Origin: Tetramitus jugosus
Lineage: Eukaryota; Protista; Heterolobosea
NCBI GenBank assembly: GCA_937625935.1
Contig: OW569371.1
Span: 248,001 to 312,000 of the forward strand
Reading direction: 5' to 3'
DNA length: 64,000 nucleotides
Shown here: positions 52,195-62,283 of the stretch, one piece after another
How the letters are laid out: each line of letters begins with the position of its first letter
Numbering within the stretch: position 1 is the stretch's first letter
The notes under the pieces: model-generated
Told to the model about the DNA's origin: nothing
Seen by the model: only the letters and a program-made list of their open reading frames with translations
Database searches by the model: none
Translations under genes and position numbers: made by a program

Positions 52195-53925
52195 ATGTCC
52201 ATCACATTGACTCCAGATTTTCAAAAGAACATGAATGCACTCATGCAGCCTCATGGGGCCTCTTCCAGCACAGAGGTCAAGGAACAATTGAAGAAGGTGG
52301 ATGAAGAGTACGCATACTCTCCTGAACACGAAGTTCAAGACACTTTGATAAAGCTCGGTATCAACCACGGAGCCAGAATCTTTAGAAATGCCCCTGTTCC
52401 TCAACTCTATGAATGTGCGCTGAGAATGGAAGAAGGTTCCGCCATTACTTCCTCTGGTGCACTTTCTGTTCGCTCTGGCGCCAAAACTGGTCGTTGCCCA
52501 GCAGACAAGAGAATTGTCGATGAGGAGAGCACGAGAGATGACATTTGGTGGGGACCAGTCAACATTAAGCTCTCGGAACACTCATTCATGGTCAATAGAG
52601 AACGTGCAATCGACTATTTGAACACTAGGAAGCACTTGTTTGTTCAGGACGGATATGCAGGTTGGGATCCAGAGCACAGAATTAAGATTAGAGTCATTAC
52701 TACGAGAGCTTACCATGCTCTCTTCATGAGAAACATGTTGATTAAGCCATCGCAGGAAGAATTGCTCAATTTTGGTGAGCCAGACTATGTCATTTACAAT
52801 GCAGGTGAGTTCCCAGCCAATCGTTTCACTGAGGGAATGAGCAGCAGTACAAGTGTTTCCATCAATTTCAAGTCCAGAGAATTTGTCATCTTGGGATCTC
52901 AGTATGCAGGTGAGATGAAGAAGGGTGTATTCACCATTATGCATTACTTGATGCCAAAGATTGGACTGTTGTCTCTACATTCCAGTTGCAATCAGGGAAA
53001 GAGTGGTGATGTCAGTTTGTTCTTTGGTCTGTCAGGCACTGGTAAAACGACGTTATCTGCTGATCCAAACAGATACTTGATTGGTGATGATGAACATGTC
53101 TGGGGACCAAATGGAGTCTTCAACATTGAAGGTGGCTGCTATGCAAAGGCCATTGGTCTGAGAAGAGAAAAGGAACCAGAGATTTTCGATGCTGTGAGAT
53201 TTGGAGCTGTCGTTGAGAATGTTGTTCTGGATCCTGATACATGTGAGATTCTGTACGACGACCAAAGTATTACGGAGAACACGAGAGTGAGTTATCCATT
53301 GGAATACATTCCAAATGCAAAGATTCCAGCTGTTGTGAATGAGCATCCAAGAAACATCATCTTGCTGACTTGTGATTCATTTGGTGTTTTACCTCCAGTG
53401 TCCAAGTTGACTCCAGAGCAAGCCATGTACCATTTCATCTCTGGATTCACGTCAAAGGTTGCTGGAACTGAAGTCGGTATCACAAGTCCTGAAGCTACCT
53501 TCTCATCTTGTTACGGTGAACCTTTCCTTGTGTGGCATCCAGTCGTCTACGCCAATTTGTTGGCTGCCAAGATGCAAGAACACAAGGCTGATGCCTGGTT
53601 GATTAACACTGGATGGGTTGGTGGTTATGAGAATGGCAGAAGATGTCCGCTGGCTTACACCAGAAAGATTATTGACGCTATTCATGATGGAAGCTTGGCC
53701 AAATCCAAGTGTGTCCCCATGCCCATCTTTGGATTACAAATCCCAACTGAATGTGAAGGTGTCCCATCAGATATTTTAATCCCTGACAGGTCATGGAGCG
53801 ACAAGAACAAGTATAATGAAACTGTGAAGAACCTGGCCGCCAGATTCATCAAGAACTTCTCCAAGTACTCCGACAAGGCCTCGAAAGAAGTAGTCAGTGC
53901 TGGACCAGTATTACCGAGTGCATAA
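52195..53925 (+). CDS. pckA: Phosphoenolpyruvate carboxykinase (ATP)
   Basis: 'KTGRCP.DK', 'YAGEMKKG', 'LHSS', P-loop '[13 protein letters not shown]', 'LIGDDEH', 'NIEGGCYAK', 'TENTR..YP'. The start may be 52195 if 52018-52185 is a 5' intron; the ORF track uses 52159. Confidence 0.95.
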   Translation: MSITLTPDFQKNMNALMQPHGASSSTEVKEQLKKVDEEYAYSPEHEVQDTLIKLGINHGARIFRNAPVPQLYECALRMEEGSAITSSGALSVRSGAKTGRCPADKRIVDEESTRDDIWWGPVNIKLSEHSFMVNRERAIDYLNTRKHLFVQDGYAGWDPEHRIKIRVITTRAYHALFMRNMLIKPSQEELLNFGEPDYVIYNAGEFPANRFTEGMSSSTSVSINFKSREFVILGSQYAGEMKKGVFTIMHYLMPKIGLLSLHSSCNQGKSGDVSLFFGLSGTGKTTLSADPNRYLIGDDEHVWGPNGVFNIEGGCYAKAIGLRREKEPEIFDAVRFGAVVENVVLDPDTCEILYDDQSITENTRVSYPLEYIPNAKIPAVVNEHPRNIILLTCDSFGVLPPVSKLTPEQAMYHFISGFTSKVAGTEVGITSPEATFSSCYGEPFLVWHPVVYANLLAAKMQEHKADAWLINTGWVGGYENGRRCPLAYTRKIIDAIHDGSLAKSKCVPMPIFGLQIPTECEGVPSDILIPDRSWSDKNKYNETVKNLAARFIKNFSKYSDKASKEVVSAGPVLPSA

Positions 53926-54734
53926 ATATAGCAAGCTCCTGTTTTCTCATCAATTTCAAACCAAACGATCAGACATCCTCCTTTATCTGGTCAAGTCCTT
54001 TCTTTGTCGGTGCGACAATAAAAATGCGAATCGGAAAAGATTTCTCCACCTCCCTTTTAGTTTTGACATTTGAATGAATGAGCGACATGCTGTCTCTTGT
54101 GTAACAGATGACAACTTCAACATCACTTTTCAAAGGACAATGAACGGACTGTGCCAATCAAGGATCGGATCCCTTTCACTAAGCAATAACATCAATAAAA
54201 ACAAACGAACCAACAATAATAACGAGAATCTTGAGCACATCCATCAACTCAAGTAGTCTCGCGTTTCGTTGATCTCACTTGCCACAGCTGCTGCAGAGCT
54301 CTCTCTCACCATTCGCTCATTTTTCACATTCACACAACCTTGGCCTATCCACCACCAAAATCAGATTCACCGACCATCCCATTTGTGCCATTACCACAAA
54401 AGTCTTCTTTTTTCTGAGTCAAGCAAGAAACAGAGTGTGTGAGTTGTTGACCCCCACAGAAACACCTACACACAACCAAACAAATCATTTGCTCACTGTG
54501 AGCAATAATTAATCTCCATTGAGTTGTTTCGCTCCCTCGGTTGTCAACAACTACTTGCGAACATCATTGCGCACACACCCACCTCTCAATTTGACGTGTG
54601 CACATCAACAATAACAGCAACAACAGCAACAATAATATACCAACAACAACGAACAAGTAGAAGCAGCAATTTGTGCAGCTAACATCAACAACAACATCAA
54701 TAACAACAAGCAACAACAATAATAACTATAAAAA

Positions 54735-57042
54735 ATGAGTACTCATTTGACGTCGATAGGGCACAACCTAGATGTTGCACTGAGTGCATTTTATGATTCT
54801 CTAAATAGCAACAACAACAACAATCAATCCTTCTATGGAGATTTGAGTGGAAAGAAATGGAATTCACCTTACAATGATACATCAAAGGGAGATGGCACAT
54901 GGTTCATTAACAAGAGGTTTGTATTGCTTGTGTTTTATCGAATACAGTGTTTGTGTGTTTGTGTAGTGGTCTGCTGAAGGTGAGAACAATTATGAGCTTT
55001 TTTGTCGTGTTTGAGACATTGCTCATGTTCTTTCTCAACGCCATAAAATTTTTTCCCGTGTGCTTTGGTGGTTGACCACGATCGAACACACTGAGATCAC
55101 ATGCACACACAAGATAAGGATTGCTAACAACATGAAATCAATTTGTATGTGAATTCTTCCAAATAATAGAGATTCAATCATGGTGCCCTCCATATCAAGC
55201 ATCTTTTTTGCGGCAGGTATTCTGCAGTGTATCATTCTCTTTATTGCCATTATTTGGCGGAGGAATATGCAGCCCATTAAGAGTCGAGGTGCATTGCTAA
55301 TTTTGATAGCTATGGTGTCTCAGTCCTATGTCATTATCAATTCTGCTGCACGGTTCATGGTTGGTCGATGGAGGTATCCCTGCTTCCTCTATTCCATCAT
55401 GTTCTCAGTTGTCATTCCGTTTGCCTTTTTGCCTGGTGTTTTGCGCATGTTTCGGTTGATTTACATTGTAAAGCTCAATAGCTTAAAGAAATTTGTGGCC
55501 AATATCAAGGGAACGACAGGGAATGAAGATGAGAACAATAAGCACAATAGTGTTGCACAGGTGAACAATCACAACAATAACAATAGCAACCATAACATGG
55601 GTCACACCAATGGCTTTGCTGTTTTTAAGAACAGACAACAACAGAGGACGTTTGCTCTGTGGAAGTTTTGGGTCTCCAACAAGTTTATTGTCCTGTGCTT
55701 TATAGTCAGTGTGGTTATTCATTTGGGCATTTGGGGAATTTTGGCGGGAACAAGCTCTGATCCTGCACTCTACTTTAGCTTTAGGAGCTCTTGTGGAATG
55801 AGTTCTGTGGACTCGTATGTCATTGTAGGTCAAGCATTTGTCTACATTGGTGTCAACTTGCTATTGCTGTTGTTCGCTATTGTGAAACGAGTGGAGGACA
55901 CCTGGTCCATTCGTATCGAGTCAGTAATTGTATTGGCTCAGTGGATTCTGTTCTTTGCAGTGTTTGTGCTGATCGCTGCTCTATGGTGGTACTTTTACAT
56001 ACAGGCAGAAAGATATTGGCCATATGGTTACTTTATGATTATGGCTTGCTTCATTGATATACTGTTCTCTGCTTGGATTCCGTTGATTCGCTCGTTTATG
56101 ATACCACAGAAGCGAGGATCAAAATTGGAACAAATTTTGACCATCCAAGACAGTTCAGGTGCCAATGTAGAGCAATTGAAGATTGTGTTGGAGGACACGG
56201 ATTTCAAGGAATCGTTCCGTATGTTTTGTGAAAAGAGTTTCTGTCCAGAGATGCTCCTGTTTTGGGAGGAAGCCAAGCAATATGAGCTTCTCAAGGAGGA
56301 CTATAGTCGAAGAGTGGCAGCCAAGAGCATTTTGGACAAGTATCTGTCTGTTGACGCTCCTTTGGAACTCAATCTTCCAAACAAGCAAATATTCATTCCT
56401 GAAATTACAGATGCCATTAATCAATATGAAGCAACCTTGCTCCAAGGAGTGTACGTTGGTACAAACATTCTCACAGAGATGGGAACAAACATTGCACTTT
56501 ATGTATTTAATAAGGAAGCCGCGCATCATAAGGAGAACTTTTTGTCTCGAATGACAAATATTGCAACATCTGAAGAACAAATTATTGCTGAGGCAGTACA
56601 GAGATATCAAAGCATTTTGCTAGATGCTAAAAAGGATGGAGATCATGAGGACAAAGGAGTCGAGGATGAGGCCATCGAGTGTACTCATGAAGTGAGCACA
56701 TCACATGAGGAGGATACTCACTCTGCGACAGATCAAATGTCCACCCACACAACTACCACATCCACAAATCCAAACTCCAGTACACCAAGCAAGAGAAAGG
56801 CTACAGTAGCCAAAATTAGGAAAAAGCTAAAGAGACCGCAAAGTACTAGGAATCTCTTGGAATCCAAGAACGAAAAGAAAGTAGAGAACAAGTTGCCAGA
56901 CGCTCTGTTCCATCGTCTGATTTTGCACACCGAGTTGGACATGATGGACATTTTTGCTCGATATCGTAATACTAGGCCATTCCGTAAACACATGGATAGA
57001 CTGAGAGAGGAAGTGAAACTCAAGGACATTGTTGTTGCCTAA
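54735..57042 (+). CDS. 7TM-RGS protein; exons 54735-54916 and 55170-57042
   Basis: About 7 hydrophobic segments ('QPIKSRG', 'DTWSIRIE') then RGS 'FKESFRMFCEKSFCPEMLLFWEE...ILDKYL..DAPLELNL...LFHRL....ELDMMDIFARY'. Intron 54917-55169 (GTTTGT...GCTAAC...TAG) is in frame. Confidence 0.85.
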
Positions 57043-57192
57043 GCGACGACCTCCATATCCTCATCGTAAATAAAACATCAAACGTCATCAGTCACCTAGA
57101 CCCAAAAGGTAATTTTAGTTTGAGCTGTGTGGCATCGGGAACAAAGGAACAAAGACATCAACAAACCAAACAACAATAACAACAACAACGAC

Positions 57193-58440
57193 ATGTTCCC
57201 TATTCTCTCTCTTCCTACTGATGTTGTTATTCATATCATCGGTTTTGTTGAGATTCAATCTCATGAGTTGACCATGCTCAATCCACCCGATTATCGCTGG
57301 CTCTCATGTTTCGGGAGACACAAAGAAGAACCATGTCGCTTCGTCTACTTGTTCCCCAGTGTTGTACTGAACTTGTCTGAAGTGAAAACTGGAGCGCCCA
57401 GTTACGGCGTAACTCGGAGCGACATTCTGTTATTCGCTCAAAATGCCAAGTACGTGCGATTCATTCTGGGGAGCCAGAACGCGAAATGTGCTGCAGATAG
57501 GATGCTAGATTACTGGGTGTTCTCTCAGCAAGGACAGTCAAGGCAGCGAGTAAATATCGAGGTGCAAGAGGATGATGGTTTCAAGTTCCTAACAGGCGAG
57601 AAATCAACCATGCTGGACGAGTTGATTCAACAAATGATAGTGCCATCGAGTCAGATTCGATCAAAACCAATTAACGAGCTCAATTTATTGTTGATTCGAT
57701 TGAGAGATAGAGCTGTGAAGCAAATTGTGTCGAGTGCAAATGTTCGACATCTTGTTCTTAATTACGACCACATTTCACCTTCAATTATGGATTGTTTCAA
57801 AGCATCGACAGTATCTAGTATTAAACAACTGACTCTGATTGTGTCGCCCAGTCTGAGAGAGGATGCTCTCGATTTACAATCAGTTTGGTCAAGTAGTTCA
57901 ATCGAGTCACTTTCAATTCTGAGTAGCGTAAGAAACGAGTATATTTTGAAACAGTTGCGATTTACATGTCAAAATGTGGATCCTTTGGCAGAGAGCACGC
58001 ATTTAACAACATTGAACATGCCGCTTGTGGATCTTAACAGATCAATGTGCTCTGTTTTACTTCGAAATCAGAGTATTCGAACACTGTGTATTGGAGTGAA
58101 CCTAGAATCAAGCTCCTTGTCAGGCTGTGGATGGAAGCGAAACCATAAGGCAATTTGTTCAATGGAAGAGCATCCTATACGAGAGTTCATTCTAAATTAT
58201 GAATGTATTCGTAATTTGACCTTGTTCTTCAATGTATTACTAGAGGTCGATGTGTACTATATTATTCAATTGATATCAAATCGACAGAAGCCCAAACCAG
58301 TCGACTCGTTCAATCACATTACAATCGTTGCCTTAGAGTATCAGTATAAAGATCGCATCGGTGAGTACAGGCAACGTGCAATGCGTGTAAGAGCAGATTG
58401 CAACACGATGGTTGAATTTAGAACTTATCATTCACAATAA
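57193..58440 (+). CDS. F-box + leucine-rich-repeat-like protein
   Basis: 'ILSLPTDVVIHIIGFV' F-box start; LxxLxL repeats (IKQLTL, IESLSI, LTTLNM, IRTLCI, IRNLTL). Confidence 0.65.
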   Translation: MFPILSLPTDVVIHIIGFVEIQSHELTMLNPPDYRWLSCFGRHKEEPCRFVYLFPSVVLNLSEVKTGAPSYGVTRSDILLFAQNAKYVRFILGSQNAKCAADRMLDYWVFSQQGQSRQRVNIEVQEDDGFKFLTGEKSTMLDELIQQMIVPSSQIRSKPINELNLLLIRLRDRAVKQIVSSANVRHLVLNYDHISPSIMDCFKASTVSSIKQLTLIVSPSLREDALDLQSVWSSSSIESLSILSSVRNEYILKQLRFTCQNVDPLAESTHLTTLNMPLVDLNRSMCSVLLRNQSIRTLCIGVNLESSSLSGCGWKRNHKAICSMEEHPIREFILNYECIRNLTLFFNVLLEVDVYYIIQLISNRQKPKPVDSFNHITIVALEYQYKDRIGEYRQRAMRVRADCNTMVEFRTYHSQ

Positions 58441-58480
58441 ATTATCTTGCCTGAACGTTTAAACTGCTAATATTCAGTGT

Positions 58481-59455
58481 TCAGGCTGATATGCTCTCCT
58501 GTTTCACTCGTTTCAATCGATTTAATATCTGATGATATTGTTCCACGAGTTGCTTATGTCTTCTTTGCAGAGCATGTTGCTTTTCATCACTCAGAACAGG
58601 GCTATCTGGTTCGTTCTTGTCGAGATTACTGCCGAATAAGAGACTATCCTTGTAACTTTCAACTGTTGACTGCATGGATTCTAACCACTTTTCCCTCACC
58701 ATGTTCATCTCTCTCTCAACACTGCTCAATTGTTGCTCTAAAGACAACAACTCACTATCCAATATATTCGACACTGTTGATTCATTCATCTTCCCATTTG
58801 GTGGAGCATTTGGCGAGCTCTCGGGTTTCTTTTGAGCGCGATTAGTTTGATTAGGAGCTTTCTTACTAGGTTGGTGCTGCTTACTTGGCGGAGACAGTGT
58901 CTTGACGGTTGGAGAAGACTCTGCTTTCGCAACTACTTTCTTTGTCTTCTTCTCAGTGCCTTCTTCCTGTAATTTTGTAGCATCAGGAGAGCGTTGATGC
59001 AAGATAAATGACACTCTTCTGTGAATTTTGGAAGCAGTATCTTGTGTTGTTGACTCTTGTGCTTTCTGCGGCAATTGCTGCCGGTTTCTTGGAGCCCGAG
59101 TAGCTTGCATAGTCCTATCAACAGTGGCCATTCTAGAATCGTTAATGTGATTGGCAATGACGGAACATCGAAAGCCCTGTCTTCGAAATCCTCTGTGATT
59201 CAGTTCGTTGCTCAAGCGGGACCATCCTTTAGCATTGACGGAAGGATTCACTCCATGAGATCGCACCAAATCTCTCAACCCATTCCTCACCGTCATGTAC
59301 AGAGCCATTGGTATCAGCCCAGTGTTTCTCTGGTTGACATTGTAAAAATTGTAACGCTCATTGTAATGTGCACCAACAGGCGGGATATTATGAAAGTGGA
59401 GTGGGGCACGATGACCGACCAGATGAGGTGGATACGGATGTTGATTTTGAAGCAT
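58481..59455 (-). CDS. Hypothetical protein with possible Myb/SANT-like (trihelix-type) domain and C-terminal coiled coil
   Basis: 'GWSRLSNELNHRGFRRQGFRC' resembles the trihelix pattern 'W..ls..L...G..R....C'; heptad-rich C-terminus. Confidence 0.5.
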   Translation of the reverse strand: MLQNQHPYPPHLVGHRAPLHFHNIPPVGAHYNERYNFYNVNQRNTGLIPMALYMTVRNGLRDLVRSHGVNPSVNAKGWSRLSNELNHRGFRRQGFRCSVIANHINDSRMATVDRTMQATRAPRNRQQLPQKAQESTTQDTASKIHRRVSFILHQRSPDATKLQEEGTEKKTKKVVAKAESSPTVKTLSPPSKQHQPSKKAPNQTNRAQKKPESSPNAPPNGKMNESTVSNILDSELLSLEQQLSSVEREMNMVREKWLESMQSTVESYKDSLLFGSNLDKNEPDSPVLSDEKQHALQRRHKQLVEQYHQILNRLKRVKQESISA

Positions 59456-59612
59456 GTGTGTTATCTTGTCCTTCAGAGTTGTGATTTGCTTTTTGTGGAA
59501 CAGAACAAGAAAAAAGTAAAAAAAGAAGGAGCGGAGATATAGACAAGGCCTAAGGAGTGAAATGTGAGATCAAGTGAAAACTGATGATTGAATACACTCC
59601 ACAACAATCAAA

Positions 59613-60989
59613 ATGAGAGAGGAAAAGAATTGTAAAATAGTGATACTGGGTGGAAGTTCTACAGGGAAAACAACCCTCTTTCGTCACTTCAAGTCCTTGT
59701 TCAAGGATCATGATAGTTGTTGGGAGGACAGGCAGTGCGGAACACTGGCACTGTCCAATACGTTACTGCTGTTGAGACTTGCCCTGTTCTTAACAAAGAA
59801 GGAAATTGTTGAAAGTGAGAAAAATCAGGATGTTGCTTCTCAATTAATCTTGATGACTCGTTCTGATATCATCGATCTAGAACCTTGCTTCATCTCGTCC
59901 CATTTCATCGAACAACTGGCAATATTGTGGAAAAGCGAGCGAAAACTAAGAGAATTTGTTCGTGAGGAGCAATACATGGATTTCAGTATCGCCGAACGAG
60001 TACATGAGAGCTTGTATGTATTGGATCGATTGAGTCATGTTTACAAAGAAATTCAATGTGGTCGTGTGTCCAGAGAAATTGTTCTTCGAAGTGCACAAAC
60101 GACAATGAAACTACAGAGTGCATATGGTTACTGGAAAGGCATGAACATCACTATTGTTGACACTCCAGATGTACAACACGATCTAGACACAAACTATAGA
60201 ATGTTAAGTGGAGCTTCCTGTGCGATATTATGTGTTTCACTGGTTGATTATTACAAGTATTGCTATGATGATAGAACAATGAATAGAACTGTGGAATCCA
60301 TGGGAATTTTGTCTGACATCTGTGTTTCGAGTCATTACAACCCATCTGATTGTCATCTCGTTTTGATATTCACGCACTTTGACCAATTTAAGAGTTCATT
60401 ACGATACAAATCACTCACAGAAGTGTTTCCAGAGTACAACCCCAGTCAGTCTCACGTATCATTATCATTATCATTACTGGAGAGAGAGCTTTCTGATCAC
60501 GAAGAGGAGGGGAGTTCTGGTTTGAAGGATAACTCAACGAAGGATCTGCCAGAGATAGATATATCTCCGGTTCCCGATGATGTTCAGTGTTACATCTTTA
60601 CCTTTCTTCATCCGATCGAATTGGGAATACTCAGTCTCGCGAACAGTCACTACTACAGGTTAGTAAACTCCGATGAAGTTTGGAGTTGTTTATGCCACAA
60701 GTTTGAACCTAACCTGAAAAGATCAGAGGTTCTCCAGGTCAACAAAGACTGTTTCTATTCGTATAGAAGGGATCACTTATTCAAACACTACTTCGTTGTG
60801 GGAGGATATCAGAGCTATCTGGCTTTACAATACATGATACAGGAATTCTTAAATCTTATCCCAAAGAAAGATATGAGGATAGATGTTATTGTAAGTAACT
60901 CAATGGATATCATCAAGTCCCAGAAAAACTTGAAGACCCTTCTCACTTCTTTGTCCATCAGAACGTACTCAACATCAACGAACCAATAA
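59613..60989 (+). CDS. Divergent G-protein alpha-like protein with internal F-box insertion
   Basis: 'KIVILGGSSTGKTTL', helical domain, 'IVLRSAQTT', 'IVDTPDVQ', 'ILCVSLVDY...YDD..MNRTVESM', 'LVLIFTHFD', 'FPEY'. F-box 'VPDDVQCYIFTFLHPIELGILSLANSHYYRLVNSDEVWSCLC' follows, then G-alpha 'ALQYMIQEFLNL'. Confidence 0.8.
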   Translation: MREEKNCKIVILGGSSTGKTTLFRHFKSLFKDHDSCWEDRQCGTLALSNTLLLLRLALFLTKKEIVESEKNQDVASQLILMTRSDIIDLEPCFISSHFIEQLAILWKSERKLREFVREEQYMDFSIAERVHESLYVLDRLSHVYKEIQCGRVSREIVLRSAQTTMKLQSAYGYWKGMNITIVDTPDVQHDLDTNYRMLSGASCAILCVSLVDYYKYCYDDRTMNRTVESMGILSDICVSSHYNPSDCHLVLIFTHFDQFKSSLRYKSLTEVFPEYNPSQSHVSLSLSLLERELSDHEEEGSSGLKDNSTKDLPEIDISPVPDDVQCYIFTFLHPIELGILSLANSHYYRLVNSDEVWSCLCHKFEPNLKRSEVLQVNKDCFYSYRRDHLFKHYFVVGGYQSYLALQYMIQEFLNLIPKKDMRIDVIVSNSMDIIKSQKNLKTLLTSLSIRTYSTSTNQ

Positions 60990-61494
60990 GTTTTCAACCA
61001 AAGAGAACAAAAAGAAGCTTAAATGTCTCCTGAGAACAGATGATGGCATGAATGAAGCAGTCAAACGACAGAGAACCACCAATGATACTGAATTTGATGA
61101 AACAATTGAAATTTGTTTTGAACTTGACCTGGACACATGACCAACAATCATTGAGTTTTGTGACACTCGAGAGTTTCACATGCAAAAGAATCAATCAATT
61201 CAAATTCAATCTATTGCTCATGTCCAATAAGAACACTAAAACGATTAACAGACAGCTCATTGCATTATCTCATTTAAATCTGCATTCATCAAATCACAGA
61301 CAACGCTTTTCGTTGCTCTGACTTTCTCATTGTGCGAGGGTCTGCGAATCTAACCCTATTTTGATCCTCCCAGCACATCAAAAAAAGTCCCGAAAGGATC
61401 ACATCGCGTGAACTTTTGAGAGGTCAGAGGAAGGATAAATTGATCCTGAGAGAAAAGAAACAATTTGTTCAGTATTGATCCAAAAGTCGAAAGC

Positions 61495-61944
61495 ATGGCA
61501 GTGTCGTTCTTACCTCTCATTCATGAACTTTGTGTGACAATGTTCGCTGGAGTCGCATTGTATATCAATGTTGCGGAACATCCTGCTCGAATGACTATTC
61601 CAATTGAATATGCTGTTTCACAATGGGCTCCAAGTTACAAAAAGGCGGCCATGCTACAAGCTTCTCTCGCAATGATCTCAATCCTAGGTGGATTAATCAG
61701 TTTCCTTATCAGTGGTGGCTCTCAATACTTGATCAGTGCTTTGTTGATGGCCTTTGTTTTTGGCTTCACAATGACAGTCATTATGCCAGTGAACAAGAAA
61801 CTGCTGTCTTTGAAAACAATGGAAGAAAAGAAACAGAAACAAGTGGAAACAATGTTGATCAAGTGGAACAGATTGCATGCCGTGAGAACAATTGCTGCGT
61901 TGACTGCTGTGTTTATCCTCTATGCCGCAAAGATCAAACAGTAA
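61495..61944 (+). CDS. DUF1772/anthrone-oxygenase-like membrane protein
   Basis: 'FAGVALYINVAEHPARM', 'QWAPSYKKAAMLQASLA', 'FT..VIMPVNKKLL', 'W.RLHAVRT'. Confidence 0.8.
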   Translation: MAVSFLPLIHELCVTMFAGVALYINVAEHPARMTIPIEYAVSQWAPSYKKAAMLQASLAMISILGGLISFLISGGSQYLISALLMAFVFGFTMTVIMPVNKKLLSLKTMEEKKQKQVETMLIKWNRLHAVRTIAALTAVFILYAAKIKQ

Positions 61945-62179
61945 ATAATCATTGAATGGAATCACTCAACGTTATGTTGATGCCTGCTTTTTGTGACGAC
62001 TTTCTTGGCCATCTTGGCACCTACCGAACAATTAATAAGACAGTGGAGATGTTCCGTCCTCCTTACGTATACTCCATTCCGGGGCAGTACCAACGCTTCA
62101 TCCTCTTTGTTGCGGCCGATGTTCCATGGAACACTAAAAATTGTAAAGTTGATTTTACTTTCGGAGAATTAATGAAGCA

Positions 62180-62250
62180 GCTGCTTTAGTATAGTGGTAG
62201 TACACGGGATTGTGGCTCCCGCAACACCGGTTCGATTCCGGTAGGCGGCA
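62180..62250 (+). tRNA. tRNA-His (GTG)
   Basis: Acceptor GCTGCTT/AGGCGGC, D-arm TAGTATAGTGGTAGTAC, anticodon arm CGGGA-TTGTGGC-TCCCG, T-arm ACCGG-TTCGATT-CCGGT; T-run downstream. Confidence 0.93.
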
Positions 62251-62283
62251 ACTTTTGGGCACATGTTGTGGATATTTTCTTTA

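Noticed and set aside
62179-62180. tRNA-His lacks a genomically encoded G-1
   Set aside because: Normal for eukaryotes, where it is added post-transcriptionally by Thg1 or dispensed with.
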